NCBI GenBank assembly: GCA_951406725.2
Contig: OX597835.1
Coordinates: 14,012,001 to 14,076,000, forward strand
Length of the DNA: 64,000 bases
DNA from: Octopus vulgaris
Taxonomy: Eukaryota
Reading direction: 5' to 3'
Part shown: positions 23,680-36,730 of the stretch, piece after piece
How positions within the stretch are numbered: position 1 is the first letter of the stretch
Layout: the number at the start of each line of letters is the position of its first letter
Notes under the pieces: model-generated
Told to the model about the DNA's origin: nothing
The model's input: only the letters and a program-made list of their open reading frames with translations
Database searches by the model: none
Position numbers and translations under genes: made by a program

Positions 23680-23860
23680 TATATCGTAATCATTATTTTA
23701 ATATCCGCTTTGCCATGCTTGCATATATGTCTAACTCATGCCAGCATAGTAAAACAGAAATAAAAATAAATAAATGTGAATAAAACTGTAAGATGTAGAA
23801 TGATTGATAGACAAATAGAAGACAATTGCTAATGCAATCAAGATTAAAATATACACTCAC

Positions 23861-24049
23861 CCTTTTACCAGGAGGTAGAGATTCGTTGAGATAAAATATG
23901 ATGAACATTATGTCCGTCAGAATTAAGGCAAAAGCAAATAAACCAGGAAGTACAAACAGGCCCTGCTGTTTACCAGCAGACTTTGAGAACATGGCACCAA
24001 TAAAAGGACCAATGATGAATCCAAGAGAAAAGGCAATTCCAATCAAAGC
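23861..24049 (-). CDS. MFSD10: MFSD10-like coding exon 5 (ALIGIAFSLGFIIGPFIG...FYLNESLPPGKR)
   Basis: Antiporter motif C (GxxxGPxxG) and a PET/ES-like motif; ttttag|GCT and AGG|gtgagt; 189 nt, phase 0 to 0. Confidence 0.95.
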
Positions 24050-24676
24050 CTAAAATAAAATAAAAAAAAAAAGATATTATTGAAACAAAAATATAAAAGG
24101 ACTTTTGGTGAATATTTCAGGTTTTTTATCAAAATTCTAAATTTGAAAAGAACATTCCTTAAATTTATCCAGTGGCTGAAAAATAAGAAGAATATTGTTT
24201 CGGTTTCTTTATGTAATGTATTTAATTTGGGTGAAGAACAAGAATCAGTTATAGAATATTTGGTAAAATGCAAAGTGGGAATTTCAAAATATTAGAAATT
24301 CTAACTTTCTTAGATTATCAGAGAATTTCTCATTGTATTTATAACACACATATAGGTGCAGGCAGGGCTGTGCGGTTAAGAAACTTGCTTCACAATCATA
24401 TGGTTTGGGGTTCAGTCCCACTGTGTGGCACCTTGAGCAAGTGTCTTCTACAACAGTGCCGAACCAACAAATTCTTGGGAGAGGCTTTGGTAGACAGAAA
24501 CTGAAAGGAGTTTATCACACACACACGAGAGACAGACAGTGTGTGTGTGTGTGTACCCCAACCCACCACTTGCCAATTAGTATTGTTTACGTCCTTGTAA
24601 CTTAGCAGTTCAGCAAAAGAGAATGATAGAATAACTACCAGGTATAATAAAAAAAAGAGTACTGTGGTTGACTGTT

Positions 24677-24790
24677 TGGTTAAACCCATTGAGGTGGTGC
24701 CCCAGTATGGCCTTGGTTAAACCCATTGAGGTGGTGCCCCAGTATGGCCTTGGTTAAACCCATTGAGGTGGTGCCCCAGTATGGCCCCAA
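24677..24790. repeat. 37-bp tandem triplication inside an old SINE A tail (SINE about 24353-24805)
   Basis: GGTTAAACCCATTGAGG at 24678, 24715 and 24752. Confidence 0.92.
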
Positions 24791-24861
24791 TATGGCCACA
24801 GTCCAGAGATAGAAGATAATTCAAAACATGGAGGCTCCAAGGCTGTGTAGAATGAGTACCA

Positions 24862-25094
24862 GGTGGCGAGCTGGCAGAAATGTTAGCAGGCTGGGCAAAA
24901 TGCTTAGCGGTATTTCGTTTGCCGTTACGTTCTGAGTTCAAATTCCGCTGAGGTCAACTTTGCCTTTCATCCTTTTGGGGATCGATAAATTAAGTACTAG
25001 TTACGCACTGGGGTCGATGTAATCGATTTAATCTCTTTGTCTGTCCTTGTTTGTCCCCTCTATGTTTAGCCCCCTGTGGGCAATAAAGAAATAA
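24862..25094 (+). mobile_element. SINE B monomer with TSD AGAATGAGTACCA
   Basis: Direct repeat on both flanks. Confidence 0.9.
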
Positions 25095-25406
25095 GAATGA
25101 GTACCATTCACTGAGCAATACACAATATACAGTCTATCCTCAGGTGCTGGTCCTCATATTCCTTGGCGATCAGAAGTGTTCAGAGAAAGAGCTGAACCTC
25201 TGATTTAGTAGGAAGACCATCCTAGCTAAAATAGGAAAGCTTGCTCCTACTGACCTAGGCAGATCTGGAGGGGCATACATCGGAAAAAAATAGCCAAAGC
25301 TCCTCATGGCAGAATGAGCAGAAGAGGACAATGCTAGACAGACTGAATATGAAGCTACGGTTCAGGTAGTATCTAGGTTGGTAGCAGTCTGCTTCAGTTG
25401 TAACTA

Positions 25407-25817
25407 CTATAATGGTTAAAAGTGGATAACCACAGCTTTGGTTAATAGTGCGTAGCCTCTGCTATAATCTGGCAAGGGTACTAAAAGCCAAGGTGTCACG
25501 AATAACTTAAACCAATTCTAACCACAAAAACTTAGTAATCAAAAAAACAGGTGAGATCACACCTGAAAACCTCTATAATGGTTAAAAGTGGATAGCCACT
25601 GCTTTGGTTAATAGTGCGTAGCCTCTGTTATAATCAGGCAAGGGTACTAAAAACCAAGGTGTCACAAATAACTTACACCAATTCTAACCACAAAAACTTA
25701 GTAATCAAAAAAACAGGTGAGATCACACCTGAAAACCTCTATAATGGTTAAAAGTGGATAGCCACTGCTTTGGTTAATAGTGCGTAGCCTCTGCAATAAT
25801 CTGGCAAGGGTACTAAC
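25407..25817. repeat. 166-bp tandem repeat, 2.5 copies, abutting a 5'-truncated SINE B (about 25818-25985)
   Basis: CTATAATGGTTAAAAGTGG at 25407, 25573 and 25739. Confidence 0.93.
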
Positions 25818-26619
25818 GTTGTGAGTTCAAATTCCGCCGAGGTCGACTTTGCCTTTCATCCTTTCGGGGTCGATAAATTAAGTACCAGTTAAGCACTGAG
25901 GTCGATATAATCGACTTAATACCTATGTCTGTCCATGTTTGTCCCCTCTATGTTCAGTCCCTTGTGGGTAATAAAGAAATAGGTAGTTTGCAATTTGAGA
26001 GAGAGATTTGGCTGTCATTTCTAAAAAGTTGGCAGAGCACATGGTGACAGACTTGTTCTTAACCTGTATGACAGGTTGGAGATGTAGGTCACAGGCCGGT
26101 TATTTGCGTACACTGGAAAGTGGATCAAGTGAAACTTCAAGTTAATTAATTGTATCAACAATTGCCTCCTCAGACTTCGATGTTTGCAAAAGATAAACAT
26201 AAAACATAAGATAAATCCAACGAGGAATAAGGTCAACGTTGCACTACTTTCTCTAATGCAAACCAATGTTACTTTAACAAGAAATTCAACTCCTGATTTG
26301 ACACACACATGTATATAGAGGTATGCGTGGATGTGTGGTTAAGAGGTTTGCTTCCCAGCCATATGGTCTTGAGTTCAGTCCCTCTGTGCAGCACTCTGGA
26401 CAAGTGTCTTTTACTGTTATTATAGCTCTGAGCCGACCAATGTCTTGTGAGTAAATTTGTACATGTGTGTATTTATGCATATGTGTATGGATGTGTGTGT
26501 GTGTGTATGGCTGGATGTGTGTCAAGCTAGTCTTGAGCGCTACTGGTAATATGTAACCCAGTACAACCTGTTGTATGCATTGTGAATCACGGACTGCATA
26601 TATACAAAGACAGGAGTTG

Positions 26620-26651
<32 letters not shown>

Positions 26652-27338
26652 GTAACAGCAGATGTGTATACACAGAAACCAAGACAGTTTAGTTTAATAG
26701 AAATTTGATAATGAAAGTATCAAAAAAATATAAAGAAATTATAAAGAATTATAAGCTCCAATTAAAGATAAGGAAAAAGCATTTATCTTACAAACTGAAA
26801 GTCATTAACTAAATTCAACAGGATACAATTTCTGTTAGTTCCTAACCTGTCAGGGTTGTCAGCTACTGTTAGGTCTAAAATGAATTAATCACATTTTCAG
26901 GGAGTGTTTCTTTTTAGCAAGAGATAACACTGTGCAACAAGATTTTTATATTTTATATCTTTTGTCTTTGGTCAGTAAATGGTATTTCTTATTTGCTTCT
27001 ATCGAGAAATCAAAAGAAATGACTACTATCCCCTTCAAACTTTGCTTTTGTGACTTGAACAATGTTTTGAAACTGACCTATTTTTCCATTACATTTCCAT
27101 TACAGATTCAGTGCCGAGTTGCTGCAGCAGAAATATCGATATAGCAAATATTCTGTTCAATGCTGCAAATTTGCTTGTCAGTTGCTTGACCTGAACCAGT
27201 TGAGCATGCCCCTTAGTGGCTGACAATATGTGCATCTCTGATTATGAGCAGGAGTAGTAGGGGGGAGCATCATAGCCATGTGTTGAGAGGAATTCTTTGG
27301 GGTTTGAACAAATGTAATAACAGCAAAGTTTAAAGGAA

Positions 27339-27675
27339 ATCATCATCATCATCATCATCATCATTTAACGTCCGCTTTCCATGCTAGCATGAGTTGGACG
27401 GTTCAACTGGGGTCTGTGAAGCCAGAAGGCTGCACCAGGCCCAATCTGATCTGGCAGTGTTTCTACAGCTGGATGCCCTTCCTAACGCCAACCACTCCGT
27501 GAGTGTAGTGGGTGCTTTTTACGTGCCACCGGCACGGGGACCAGACGAAGCTGGCAATGGCCACGGCCGGATGGTGCTTCCCACGTGCCACCGGCATGGA
27601 GGCCATTCGGGCGGTGCTGGCCACGGCCACGCTCGGATGGTTCTCTTACGTGCCACCGGCACTGGTATCACAGTT
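27339..27675 (-). mobile_element. Family C repeat
   Basis: Conserved 3' end and modules. Confidence 0.85.
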
Positions 27676-27794
27676 ATACTGTGTATGTATATATATATAT
27701 AAAACCATCCGAGCACCCGAGCGTGATCGTTGCCGGAGCAACAAACCGGCCTCCGTGACGAATATTAGCTATTTTTGATACTTTCTGTATAGGA

Positions 27795-27901
27795 AACAAC
27801 AGCTGCTACCCAGGGACAAAACAACAGTTACTACCCGGGTACAAAAAATAACAGTTACTACCCGGGTACAAAAAATAACAGTTACTACCCGGGTACAAAA
27901 A
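27795..27901. repeat. 27-bp minisatellite (ACAAAAAATAACAGTTACTACCCGGGT), about 4 copies
   Basis: CCCGGGT ends at 27840, 27867 and 27894. Confidence 0.9.
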
Positions 27902-27970
27902 TCGTGTTATACAGTATGATCTCACTCTGCATGAAACACCATGCATTCCAGTTCGAAAAGTAATCCTTAC

Positions 27971-28129
27971 CATTCCTCGGCCTCTTTTCTCAGCAGAAGA
28001 GACATCGGTGACAATAGCAGTTGAAAGGCTGATGTTACCTTTACTGATGCCGCCAATAATTCTTGCAATGATGAACAGGAGGAAGGTGTTAGAGACCGAC
28101 CATATCAGGTGAGATATAGCGACACCTGT
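27971..28129 (-). CDS. MFSD10: MFSD10-like coding exon 4 (TGVAISHLIW...ARIIGGISKGNISLSTAIVTDVSSAEKRGRGM)
   Basis: RIIGGISKGNISLSTAI is near-identical to MFSD10; ttttgcag|ACA and ATG|gtaagg; 159 nt, phase 0 to 0. Confidence 0.95.
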
Positions 28130-28912
28130 CTGCAAAACGAGAAACAAAAGAGAGAGAGAAATGGTTTAAATCAAATTTCAATAATTTCATTATCGGACAT
28201 TTAATGAACTTGATTAATTAAATCTTAAATGGTTATAGTGTTTATAAAGGGGGCATATTTGCAATTATTTTATGTGACATACAAATCCTGGTTGAAAATT
28301 CAACAACTTTGGTTTGAGGTACAGTTTTAGATTTAATATAGCAAAGACTATAAAATAATCAGACATCAGTAATGGAATCTCTATAAGTTATAGTTCTGTC
28401 ATTAAGATTTACAGCTACAAGTTTATGCTTAGCCTTAGCTAAATGCAACTTATCTTAGTCTATAGCAGTAACAATCCAACGCTAGAATCATATGACTGTT
28501 ACTTCTTAGAGTATACTATATACATATGTATAATTAATATTGATAAAGTATACAGACTATATAAATAATAATATTCAGCATGTTTGAACAAAACCTCAGG
28601 CTTTGCAATGATGTGGGTATTATTTCAGAATGACCTTCTCCAAGAGAGACGTCTAAACAAAGACTAGGGGTAGGAGCCTCTCACATCCACCTGTTGGATG
28701 GTCATTGCCTTTATTGGGTTCATCTGTCCTTTGACAGGTTTTGTTTTTCATCTTACAGAGTGTCCAATGTAAACCACATAACCTTATCAAGCAGGTTTGG
28801 TAAAGTTGCCAGTTTAGTCACCAACAGCCTGACCACATGATATATTGCACTGGAATACATATTACCAGTAACACTAAGAGTGACCTCTCTCTCTCTCTCT
28901 CTTTCACACACA

Positions 28913-29160
28913 CATCATCATCGTTTAACGTCCGCTTTCCATGCTAGCATGGGTTGGACGATTTGACTGAAGAGTGGTGAACAAGATGGCCACACCAGGC
29001 TCCAGTCTGATCTGGCAGAGTTTCTACATCTGGATGCCCTTCCTAACGCCAACCACTCCGAAAGTGTAGTGGGTGCTTTTACATGCCACCAGCACGAGGG
29101 CCAGTCAGGCGGTTCTGGCAACAGCCACGCTCAAATGGTGTTTTTTACATGCCATCTGCA
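28913..29160 (-). mobile_element. Family C repeat, variant subfamily
   Basis: Conserved 3' end with an altered internal segment. Confidence 0.8.
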
Positions 29161-29787
29161 CAGACACAAATATACATACACACAAACACACACACACACA
29201 TATTTGTTTTTGTTTTTTTTATAAGTGTTGAAATGTGTATTGTATGATACAAATAAGAATTTATATTTTTTCAACTGCAGAATTGCCATTAGAACAACAG
29301 AAATACTGGGTATATAACCCTTACAAAGTGGGAAAATTGGGTGTTTGTTGACAAATTTTTCCACTTGTAAAGGGTAATTCACCCAGTGTTCCTGCTGTCC
29401 TAACAGCACCTCTGCATTTGAAAAAATATCAGCTTATTAGTATCATACACACACATCTTCACAGGTGTGAATCACTGGGTGCAATACCTTTAAGGTTTGT
29501 AGTTAATTAAGTTGTTCAGAATATATTTCTGTTTATGAAATGTGTGAAGTTACCTGTTCACACAAAGGGACATAACTCAATGCACAGTTTTACATCAGTG
29601 CACACACACACGCACACGCACATACAAAGTTGTGTGGTTAAGAAGGTCATTTCGCAAACCACACTTTTCAGGTTCAATCCCACTGCATGGCACTTGCAGA
29701 AAGTGCCTTTTACTATATAGTCAGGGTTTCATTAATGCCTCGTGAGTAAAACTTGAAGATTGAAATCTGCACAGAAACAAATCATGT

Positions 29788-30375
29788 TTCTGTACAGAAC
29801 CGTTAGCACGCCGGGCGAAAGCCCTTTGCGGTATTTTGTCTGCCGTTACGTTCTGAGTTCAAATTCCGCCGAGGTTGACTTTGCCTTTCATCCTTTTGGG
29901 GTCGATAAATTAAGTACCAGTTACGCACTGGGGTCGATGTAATCGACTTAATACCTATGTCTGTCCTTGTTTGTCCCCTCTGCGTTTAGCCCCTGGTGGG
30001 TAGTAAAGAAATAGGTATTTCGTCTGCCGTTACATTCTGAGTTCAAATTCCGCCGAGGTCGACTTTGCCTTTCATCCTTTTGGGGTCAATAAATTAAGTA
30101 CCAGTTACGCACTGGGGTCGATGTAATCGACTTAATACCTATGTCTGTCCTTGTTTGTCCCCTCTGCGTTTAGCCCCTGGTGGGTAGTAAAGAAATAGGT
30201 ATTTCGTCTGCCGTTACATTCTGAGTTCAAATTCCGCCGAGGTTGACTTTGCCTTTCATCCTTTTGGGGTCAATAAATTAAGTACCAGTTACGCACTGGG
30301 GTAATCGATTTAATCCCTTTGACTGTCCTTGTTTATCCCCTCTATGTTTAGCCCCTTGTGGGCAATAAAGAAATA
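29788..30375 (+). mobile_element. SINE B trimer (184-bp units) with 15-bp TSD AGAAACAAATCATGT
   Basis: Units start at 29831, 30015 and 30199; TSD at 29773-29787 and 30376-30390. Confidence 0.92.
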
Positions 30376-30385
30376 AGAAACAAAT

Positions 30386-30420
<35 letters not shown>

Positions 30421-30704
30421 AAGCATGTATGAGTGTGTGCCTGCATGGATGTGTGTGAGTAAATGTTTGTATGTTTTCACTCTGGCACAAGGCAGTGGTG
30501 ATATTTGTTTGCATAGTCTAAACACAGTCTGCAGTTCAGCAGTTCAATGTGAGAAGACCAACGAAGTAGAAAATAAGAGTTGGTGACAGGAAGAGCACCC
30601 AGCTATAGAATGCTGCCTCAAAATGTTGCATGACAGTATGGAAAAACCTGATGTAAAAGTGACGCAATTTTTGTGTGTGTGTATAATATATATATATATA
30701 ATGT

Positions 30705-30742
<38 letters not shown>

Positions 30743-31073
30743 CAGGTATATACTGTCAGTAATTACTCAGGGTAGGCAGTTGGTGACCTTTATGTAGTAA
30801 AACACACAAAAAGTAAGCGAAACACAGGCATGCAACTGAGATGGAGGCAGACTTACTTCTATCTTTATAGTATGTAAAGAAAACGTTGTTGTAAGACAGA
30901 CTTATTTCAGTTTCCATCAAGCAAATTCTTCCACAAAGCACTGATAAGGCCATGACTACAGTAAAATATGACAGACAGAAGGGACTGTACCTGAGGTCAC
31001 GTGACTGAGAAATTAACATCACAGCCACACAGCCATACCTGCACACATACTTTCACTCACACACACACACACA

Positions 31074-31130
<57 letters not shown>

Positions 31131-31878
31131 GGTTTCCACACAGTTTTGATTCACCAAATTCCACTCTCAAAACATGGATCAAATCAAGGCCGCAAAAGAA
31201 GACACTATCACAAAGTGTTGTACATATACCAGAATTTACAAATCCATCTGACCACCTACAGTATAAAATAGAAATAGATATGACTAATAAATGAGGTAAG
31301 CCTGTCCTGTAAAGAGACCATGGTCAGGTGAGATGTTGTTTGGTTTAAAGATTCAGAAATGAATTGGGATTGTTGGCAAAATTAGACAAAACCTCAATGT
31401 TGTTCTAGGATAATAATTGTGAATCGGACAAGGGAAATTGAGACCCCTGTTGACGGTGGTAGCAGTGGTTTGTGTGCAGGTGTGTATAATATGCTTGCGT
31501 GAACACACAAAAAAAAAAGTGTAAATGTGAAATGCAGATGTGTGTGCTGACATGCATATGCAAACATGCATGTATGTGTGCATCTTGGTGCATCTTGGTG
31601 CTTCAATGTGAAGAAACATCAATTTAGATGCATGCATTTATTTGGACATGCTAGTATCGTGAACCATTCACTTTAAACAGAACACCGAGTTTTCAGAGAT
31701 CCCACTACCATAATTCATGATAAATATTCAACCAATTTAAGGAATTCTAAGAATCTACCTTAATGTGGAATCTTACCATATGTCTTAATATATCAGCCAG
31801 TTACCATTGAATCTTACCTGTAATTTTTTGTAATTCTTGGTTGCATAAACACTTCAACACTAACTTCTTAGCATTTAA

Positions 31879-32291
31879 CCCTTTAGTGTTTAAACTGGCC
31901 AAATATATTCTACATGTTTTATATTCAAACTGGCGATATCTAGCCTCTCACTCCTAACCTACAATGCCATTCTGAAAATAAGCAATCACATCATTGAAAC
32001 CTCAAAGCTATAAGATAATGCATGATTAATTCAAAACAATTTGAGTGAAAAAGTATTACATTTAACAGAGTATTCTGAACACTAAAGGGTTAAACTAACC
32101 AGATCTGGCCCAAATATTCTGTTTTATGTTCAAACTGGCCAGATCTGGCCTTTCAAACCTACCCTACAATGTCGTTCTAAAAACACACAATCACATCATT
32201 GAAGCCTTGAAGCTATAAGATAATGAATGATTAATTCATAATGTGAATATATAAACATTACATTCGACGGAGTAATATGAAGACTAAAGGG
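31879..32291. mobile_element. Two adjacent piggyBac-like MITE copies (about 210 bp each)
   Basis: TTAA|CCCTTTAG...CTAAAGGG|TTAA; related copies at 47849-48645 and about 7220-7358. Confidence 0.75.
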
Positions 32292-32375
32292 TTAATATAC
32301 CAGAATATTGAAATGTCTGTGAGATGAAGAAATGGCAGGGGCTACATGTGGAATTAAAAGAAAAAATTCATTTAC

Positions 32376-32479
32376 CATAGAAATAAGAAGTAAGGGTTTC
32401 CGTCCATAGACATCGGATGCAACTCCAATTATTGGGGAAGATATGAACTGTAACAATGAAAATATGGATCCAATCATAC
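32376..32479 (-). CDS. MFSD10: MFSD10-like coding exon 3 (GMIGSIFSLLQFISSPIIGVASDVYGRKPLLLISM)
   Basis: Contains MFS motif A (GxxSDxxGRK); ttgttag|GT and ATG|gtaaat; 104 nt, phase 1 to 0. Confidence 0.95.
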
Positions 32480-33214
32480 CTAACAACAGAGAGAAAGTTT
32501 AAAGCTGAGAAACATGGATCCGTCGGATTAAGAGACATTTTAATATTAATTCATTTTCATCAGAATTGGAATCGTTACCAAAGACTGCATCTTTGGATAT
32601 TATGTTGGTGTCTGAATTCCTGACAAGCGAAGCCTATTAATTTTCAGGTTTTTCTGGGGCAGTGGGGAGTTACAATTTTCATCATTTATCATCTTGCAAG
32701 GATCAGGAAAAATTTTCTACAACTGGATGCCCTTCCTGTCCCTAACTCTCAGCTGCTTCCAAGCGAAATTTAATATTTCCCCATAAACAGACATATTTTA
32801 ACAGAAACTTAGAAATGAAACAGACATTAATATACAAACACCCACACACATAATGCCCCAATATTAGACTATTTTCTTTAGTCATTGCACAGTGATCACT
32901 TATAAGCCTTAAGCTAATAAAATATTATCAATATATATATATATGCAATGGGCTTCTTTCAGTTTCCATCTACCAAAATCCACTCACAAGGCATACATAT
33001 ACTCACAGAGTTGAAATGCTGTTTGATTTTTTTCAGCATTCAATGTTCACCATCCCACTTCCATTGCACACACACACACACACAAACATTCACATATCTC
33101 CCTTTTACATACACACATATACTCACACAGAGTTGAAATACTCCCACTACCATTTAGCCATCACCCCCTTCCTTCCTTATTCACATGTTGTGACAGAGAA
33201 AAACACAAGAGTAT

Positions 33215-33519
33215 TATTACAGTATATGATTACTATTGATTTGACTCAGGTTCGGCCTTATTCCTGGTAAGATTTATGTGGGTAGCGAGTTACTACCTGT
33301 AACCTTGGGCATCCACAAGCTTTCAATATCTCTCAAGTGCTTAGAACTTTTGATAATCTTGCCTGTCCTTAAGACACAGACTTTCTGTAGAAGTTCTACA
33401 GGACATTCTGTTCCAGTCTCCTTCAACCATTTGTCTATATCTCTGCTTAGAGTTCCCAATGCACCATTTATTATAGGCACAACCGTTACAGTTTACATAT
33501 TCCAAATTTGATGGACTTG
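33215..33519 (-). mobile_element. 3' fragment of an RLE-type non-LTR retrotransposon (R4/Dong-like)
   Basis: VVPIINGALGTL...KWL...ELLQKVCVLRTGKII resembles the R4/Dong C-terminus. Confidence 0.7.
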
Positions 33520-35849
33520 CAATTCAAAATGAAAAATTAAATTACACCATCTAGAAAATTACATATAAAATTTCAATAAAACATATATATATATACACAT
33601 TTTATTTATTATTTTGCACATTACTTAATCATCGTTATATTTAATCTTTCTATTATATGTAATTTTCTAGATGGTGTAATTTAATTTTTCATTTTGAATT
33701 GATAAAGGGTGGGGTTTTTTTCTAATTTATATATATATACAAATATATATATATTCACATACATACACAATAGATTCCTTGTAAGGAACAGAAAGTTTAT
33801 TATTATTATCTAATTGCATAAAATAATTGCTTCACAACACTGGTAATAGGTGTCAACTCTTAGTAGCAAGCCATAAAATAGGTGCCATAGTGCTGTACAG
33901 CTCAGCATTACAGAAAACACAGGTATTTTACCTGCTGCCAATTAATTAACATTATTTAGTCAGAAAGGAGGCCTCCGTCTGCATGTCTCCGTCCATCTTT
34001 GTCTACGGCACAAAGCGACTCTCAAACAGGTGACATAACACATTCGTGCTTTTGTCCATCTTGAATTAACCACACTTGATTAACAAGGTCACCAGACATT
34101 GCAAAAATCTGACATAATGGATTCGTTCCCAACAAATTATTTCTAAGCTATGGCTGAATGACTGTTTGGGAGATGCTCGTTAATTCCCATCAGTCAAGCG
34201 TGAATAAGGTGCAGCACTAGAAACTTTCAAGGGTGACAGTGTTAATGCAAGCAAACTGCTACAATAACAATGTCAAGAATAAGATTTCAAATAAATGTTG
34301 AATATTTGTTGTTAGTAAGGGAGAAAGGAAGAAAAATCAGAGTATTACATGCATGTTGTCTGAGAGTAGAATTTTCTCCTGGGGCTATTTCAGCAGTGGA
34401 AGGTCTTACCATGTCCAAATGCACTTGAACATGTAAATATGATTCTAAGAAGGGCATCCAGCTATAGGTGTGTGTGTGTGTGTGTGTGATCGCCATCATC
34501 ATCATCATCTGTTAATGTCCATTTCCCATGTTGGCATGGGTTGGACAGTTTGGCAGGAGCTGCTAAGGCTGGGGGCTGCAACAAGCTCCATGGACTGTTC
34601 TGGCAAGGTTTCTACAGCCTGATGCCCTTCTTAGTGCCAACCACTTTACAGAGTGTACTGGGTAGTTCCATTATGGTAAGATGAACAAAAACCTGCCTGG
34701 CCTTGTGTCTTCACAGCAAGAAACTGAGCAGCTCTATCTTTATACAAAGTACATAAAAGTATGTATGTATGTGTATATATATATATATATATATACATAT
34801 ATACATATACACATGTGTGTGTGTATACCAGAGTAAGCACATAGCATGGAAGGCAGATGTTAAATGATGATGACAATGATGAATATGCTACCAGGTATAT
34901 TAAAAGTTTATCACTCAATACCATGTTTTACTTTTGGTGTTAGCAGTGCATTGTTTCCATTTTTTGAGTGTATCTCTACAGATTTTTTTCTGCAGAATTT
35001 AGAGCCGGCATTGAAAGTTAAGATAATTCATATAGGAATACGTCCATGTAAACAATACAACCAAAGTTTTTTTAAAATAGGTATATTTCAGTTCAAATAT
35101 ACTGCTTTTGTTTCAATTCTGAAAATAATTAAGAATTTAGTAAATTTACTTTGTAATTATTAATCTTGTGCTTGGAACATAAATCAACATGGAAAATTGA
35201 TAGAAGGTTTTAATTTAAATTACTTTTGGCAGAAATTTTATATCACAGAACCAGAGACAGTCTCAGGCGGATTTTGCATCAAAAGGGTTAAATGAGTGTC
35301 TTTAGTTTTTTTTTTTTTTATTAAACTTGTTTCAGTCATTTGACTGCGGCTATGCTGGAGCACCACCTTTAATCGATCAACTCGATCCCGGGACTTATTC
35401 TTTTGTAAGCCCAGTACTTATTCTATCGGTCTCTTTTGCCGAACCGCTAAGTGACGGGGACTTTCCTTATACAAGTTTGTATATTGTAAAGAAAAATTTC
35501 CTAGATTTACAGGTTGTTGTTGCTTTTTGCATACGAAAATTTTTTATCCATTCCACCTGTAATGGTACGGAAGTTCAGGTTGTCTAATGTGCCAGTAACC
35601 AAAAGAAGGTGGCACGTGAGTGGGAAAAGAATCAGGCTCTGAGGTCTTTTTAGTCCTGTCTTGGTGAGGGCTTAGCAAACTTCTTCAGTGATGGCGCCAC
35701 AAGAAAATGGCATTCACTGCATTCTGTAAAACTGTTGGTAACAGGAAGAGCATCCAGCCATAGAATCTAAGCCAAGATAATACATAAGAATGGCTCCTAA
35801 TAAGAAAGGACTTGGATTGTGACCACCCATTCAACACAGCATGGAAAGT

Positions 35850-36290
35850 GGGATGAGGAGGAGGAGAGGGAGGACAATGATGAAGATAATGAAGAGGAAG
35901 GCGATGGTGAAGAGGATAATGATGGTGATGAAGATGAAAAGGATAATAATGGTGAAAATGATGATGAGGATGATGATGAAGAGGATGGTGATGATGATGA
36001 TGATGATGAAGAGGATGATGAAGATGATGATGATGATGAAGAGGATGATGATGAGGATGATGAAGCGGATGATGATGATGAGGATGATGAAGCGGATGAT
36101 GATGATGAGGATGATGAAGAGGATGATGATGATGAGGATGATGAAGAGGATGATGATGATGAGGATGATGAAGAGGATGATGAAGAGGATGATGAAGAGG
36201 ATGATGAAGAGGATGATGAAGATGATGATGAAGAGGGTGATGATGACGAAGAGGATAATTATGGTGGTGGTGGTGGTGGTGGTGATGGTA
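35850..36290. repeat. Compound (GAT/GAA/GAG)n trinucleotide repeat in intron 2
   Basis: Read directly. Confidence 0.95.
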
Positions 36291-36530
36291 GCTTTCCATT
36301 CCTTAAGGCAGTGCTCCAGCCAGGCTTTAGATGAGAAGGCTAAAAGCAAACTAAACACACGTGCACACACACACACACACACATACATATACATACACAG
36401 TCATACATACAAATGCATGCACACACACACACACACAAATATTTTAAAAAAAACATACAAAGCTGTGAAAAAACAAGGTGCATTGAACAAAAAAAAAGAA
36501 AAAAAAAGAGAGGTACTGCAATATACTGAC

Positions 36531-36627
36531 CTCCAAACAGAACCGTGTTCCATTTGACAGTGTTTGGTATTCCGACCAAAGTCTGGAAGTATCGGACAGC
36601 TTCTTCTAAGCTGAGATAAAGACGGCT
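36531..36627 (-). CDS. MFSD10: MFSD10-like coding exon 2 (SRLYLSLEEAVRYFQTLVGIPNTVKWNTVLFG)
   Basis: Acceptor tttcag|AGC and donor GGAG|gtcagt; 97 nt, phase 0 to 1; NTVLFG corresponds to MFSD10 NSVLFG. Confidence 0.9.
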
Positions 36628-36730
36628 CTGAAATTGAGGGAAGATGTTTATTGAATTAGAGGAGAGGCAATGGGAGTCAGAAAGGGAGTTCGGGAGTCAG
36701 GGATTGTGAAGCAAGGAAGAGAAATACAGG

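Noticed and set aside
23861-32479. Bacterial TetA-like efflux gene or horizontal transfer
   Set aside because: Ten spliceosomal exons and close similarity to animal MFSD10.
35819-36334. Asp/Glu-rich 171-aa ORF and overlapping His-, Met- and Ile-rich ORFs
   Set aside because: A trinucleotide repeat open in several frames, within an intron, with no supporting gene structure.
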